Shown one piece after another: positions 61,389 through 64,000 of a DNA stretch of 64,000 nucleotides. This DNA comes from Vitrella brassicaformis CCMP3155 (taxonomy: Eukaryota > Protista > Chromerida). Under the pieces are notes generated by a model that saw only the letters and a program-made list of their open reading frames with translations, had not been told where the DNA came from and did no database searches. The first letter of the stretch is position 1; each line of letters starts with the position of its first letter. The position numbers were made by a program, and so were the translations under genes. The stretch is from assembly GCA_001179505.1 (NCBI GenBank), contig CDMY01000170.1, positions 1-64,000 of the forward strand, in the 5' to 3' direction.

Positions 61389-63491
61389 TTAAGACACATC
61401 GAGCACCATCCACTCGGCTGCCTTCTCCCGCTCACGCGCCAACTCAGGATGCGTGTTGGGAGCAAACGCCTGACAGAGAGACATGGGGCAACACGCAATC
61501 GCGAGACACACACATCACATCTCGCCATGAGGCACACTCACCTTGTTGGCCTGTCTTATCCAAGCGTCGCCGTCGGTCATGTCTCTGCCGTGTGGCGCTG
61601 TGTACGACCGCATCAGCCGCAGGGGTGTGGGGGGCAGGCTGCCCCACGCTATCGCCTCCTTTGAAGCCGAACCCTGGACCAGCAGGTCGCTACCGATGTT
61701 CGTAGAACTGACACGAGACACAATAGGTGAGTGGAAGTGGGCTGGTGAATGATGTCGCCCTAGCTCACCGTGAGTGCATCAGTCCTTCGAAAGTGTTCCG
61801 CCTCACGGCCTTGGGATCGCCTTCCTCCACTTCTCCTTTGCCCCTCTGCCCACGCACCCGTCTGCGCACCTTAGCCGCCGCCTTTCTCGCCTTCAGTGTC
61901 TCAATCCGTCTCGCCAGCTGCTCCCGCTTGTGCTCCAGCTCTTGGTCCTCGCGTTTCCTGCGGGCCTCGGCCTCCTTGGTGCCGAGGGTGAATTTTCTCC
62001 ATTGGTGGAGTAGCTCGTATGGCCCCCTTCCGAACAGCCAATCCGGCAAAGACGATAGACGGTCAGGCAGAGACTCGTGGGAAGGGGCGGCGGGGGAAGG
62101 CGCTGGAGAGAACGAGATAGACATGGGCGGAGGGCTGGCTGGCCTTCTATGTGTCTGGTTGCATACCGGATTCCCTTTCGTCGGCCTCCATAGATGCGCC
62201 TGAGCTGAGTGTTCTGAGGTACTGCTGGCTCTTGGGTAGGTAGAGGGGCATGTCCAGCCATGGGAGGGCATCCCTGCCCTGGGCCTTGAGCTCCTCTGGC
62301 GACTTGACGTTGGCCGACGAGGCCATCAGCTCCTGTGTACTTGACTGCAAAAGCTCTACTGACGTGCCCTGGGGCAGCTGCAGAATCAGATGGCGGAAAA
62401 AGAGAGAGGGGGGGAAACTTTTTCCCATATTCGTTTGTGCCTCGCACATACACTGACCACTGCGCACGCCCATGTGATGTGAGGCTCGGTAGTCGTCTTG
62501 ATGACCACGGTAGTGCTGTTGGGGTGATTTGCCGCCCGCACCACCACATGATCGAAGGCCAGACGATTGTTGGCTCGATCGTTCGGGGATTTAAAACGGA
62601 GAGCTACCTGCAGGGAGGGGACACAGTGGAGACATGTGATCAACCAGTTTCTTTCTTCTTTCGTCTCTCTCTGACCCATTGAAAGCCCAGAAATTCCATG
62701 AGTGACAGGGTGTACTGAGGAGTTGCATGGATATCTCCCTTCTCGACAGCCGTGAAGACCTGCAGGCTTCGGTCCACCTCAAACCTCTCCTCAGAACCAC
62801 CCCCACCAACACCACCGGCACCCTTGCCCTTCCTGCCGCCCTCGCCCCGGCGACCACCAGCACCAGCATTCGCACCAGCCAGCAGCCGATACGCAAACAC
62901 CGTGTACTTCGTCTCCTTACTCTTGCCGTTCCTCATCTGCGCCGACCCCATTCGAGTGAAAAATGTCCCCAGGTTGCTGAGCATCGGCTGATGCGGCTGC
63001 TGCCGGTAGGCCGTGATGTCACCGGGCGAGGGAGCGGACCATCGACGGCCGGCCAGGGGCCTGGGAAGTGGCACAGATGAGTCTGGGTGGACCGCAGAGG
63101 GCTTGAGGACAATGTGACGGTCTGGCCGGTCGTCTGTCGAGGCGGGCAGCTGCCCGTATGGTGCATGCTCCGGCAGGGAGGGGAGAGGTGCGAAGCGGGG
63201 CACAAACCGAGGGGAGCCCTCATCCATGCTGGACCGGCTCGACTGGCGGCTTCTCATCCCACTCCCCTCGAGCTCAGCCTCTTCCCCAAGGCGGCTTCTG
63301 CTTCGACGCCTCTCTAGCGGCAGGCCGGCAAGGATGCGCGTGGCTGTGTCGATGGCGGAGGGGTCGCTGGCCCGGCGGTGGGCCAGTTGTGCCTGGAGCT
63401 GCTGTGTGTAGTCCGCATTGAGGGGTTTGTGGGCAGCGGCCTCCTCGAACAGATCCACGAAGTTGAACCGCTTCTTGGGGGAACGCGCCAT
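61389..63491 (-). CDS. Hypothetical protein (multi-exon, low-complexity and coiled-coil segments)
   Basis: 283-aa first ORF MARSPKKRFNF followed by exons with GT-AG boundaries, ending AEWMVLDVS*. No family recognised. Confidence 0.55.
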
Positions 63492-63642
63492 GGTGAACGG
63501 ACGAAGGAAACGAAGTCACGGACGAAAGGTGATGATCACCAACTGAGAGAAAGCATGAGAAAGCCACTGAACGTCTCGAGGACGGAAGCCAGAGCCCCCA
63601 CGCCCCCCGTTTGCATGTGAGCTCGCAGAAGCCCGTGTAAGA

Positions 63643-64000
63643 ATGAAGCTCAGCGCTGTTGTGACAGGTCTGTGGTGCTGGCCTGTGGCGGCTCTGGCAT
63701 TTGCGCCAGTTCCTGATGCCAGATCCAGAACAACTCTTCGCCGAGGCAACGGCGCATCGCGACTGCAAGAACGCCGAGAGGTCAGCACGACTGAAGCAAA
63801 CAGGCAGCGAAAGGATGTCATCACATCTATCACTGCTTTTCCATGTGGATGACACTGTGTGCAGGCACATGTGCTGGTGGAAGATGCGATGAGTTCATCA
63901 TCACGGCGTGTCCATATCGGCACGCTGCTCATCGCACCAGCAGTGCTGACCGCCGCATCGCTCCCTGCAGTAGCAGACAGGTCGGTGCCTTCATCTCTGA
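63643..64000 (+). CDS. 5' end of a nucleus-encoded plastid protein, probably thylakoid lumen (signal peptide + transit peptide + twin-arginine signal)
   Basis: Exon 1 (63643-63780): MKLSAVVTGLWCWPVAALA-FAPVPDARSR. Exon 2 (63865-63980): ..SSSRRVHIGTLLIAPAVLTAASLPAVA-D. Confidence 0.65.

Noticed and set aside
1-64000. Long antisense or overlapping ORFs in the ORF track, and CRISPR, rRNA, tRNA or transposase features
   Set aside because: The overlapping ORFs are shadows of GC-rich coding sequence or microsatellite read-through. I saw no repeat-spacer array, structural RNA or transposase/RT motif.

Overview
Eukaryotic, GC-rich, intron-dense genomic DNA with GT/CA-microsatellite introns. The gene families, intron style and a signal-peptide+Phe plastid presequence point to a chromerid alveolate, most likely Vitrella brassicaformis (inferred, not verified). 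There are two 300-N assembly gaps. Contents in order: a BTB-BTB-TLDc gene (5' truncated) whose inverted paralogue lies at 31.9-33.9 kb; one ~22-kb minus-strand gene for a giant, very divergent DNAH1-like dynein heavy chain whose AAA1 Walker A/B motifs are degenerate; a third BTB-BTB-TLDc gene fused to a lineage-family domain; protein disulfide isomerase; an F-box-like family gene; an ankyrin gene preceded by a copied promoter and 5' exons of a TMEM184-like gene; a signal-peptide-bearing di-ubiquitin-like gene; a membrane-anchored YHS-domain gene; the TMEM184/OST-alpha-like gene; a tandem array of three F-box-like genes, each with a different hydrophobic cassette inside a conserved scaffold; an HPD-less J-domain gene; a kinase relic; a hypothetical gene; and the 5' end of a probable thylakoid-lumen protein gene. 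The best leads are the pseudo-ATPase dynein, the variable-cassette F-box/BTB adaptor family, the secretory-pathway di-ubiquitin, and a recurrent AGCTCGC motif upstream of most genes. All homology calls come from motif recognition by eye; no searches were run.
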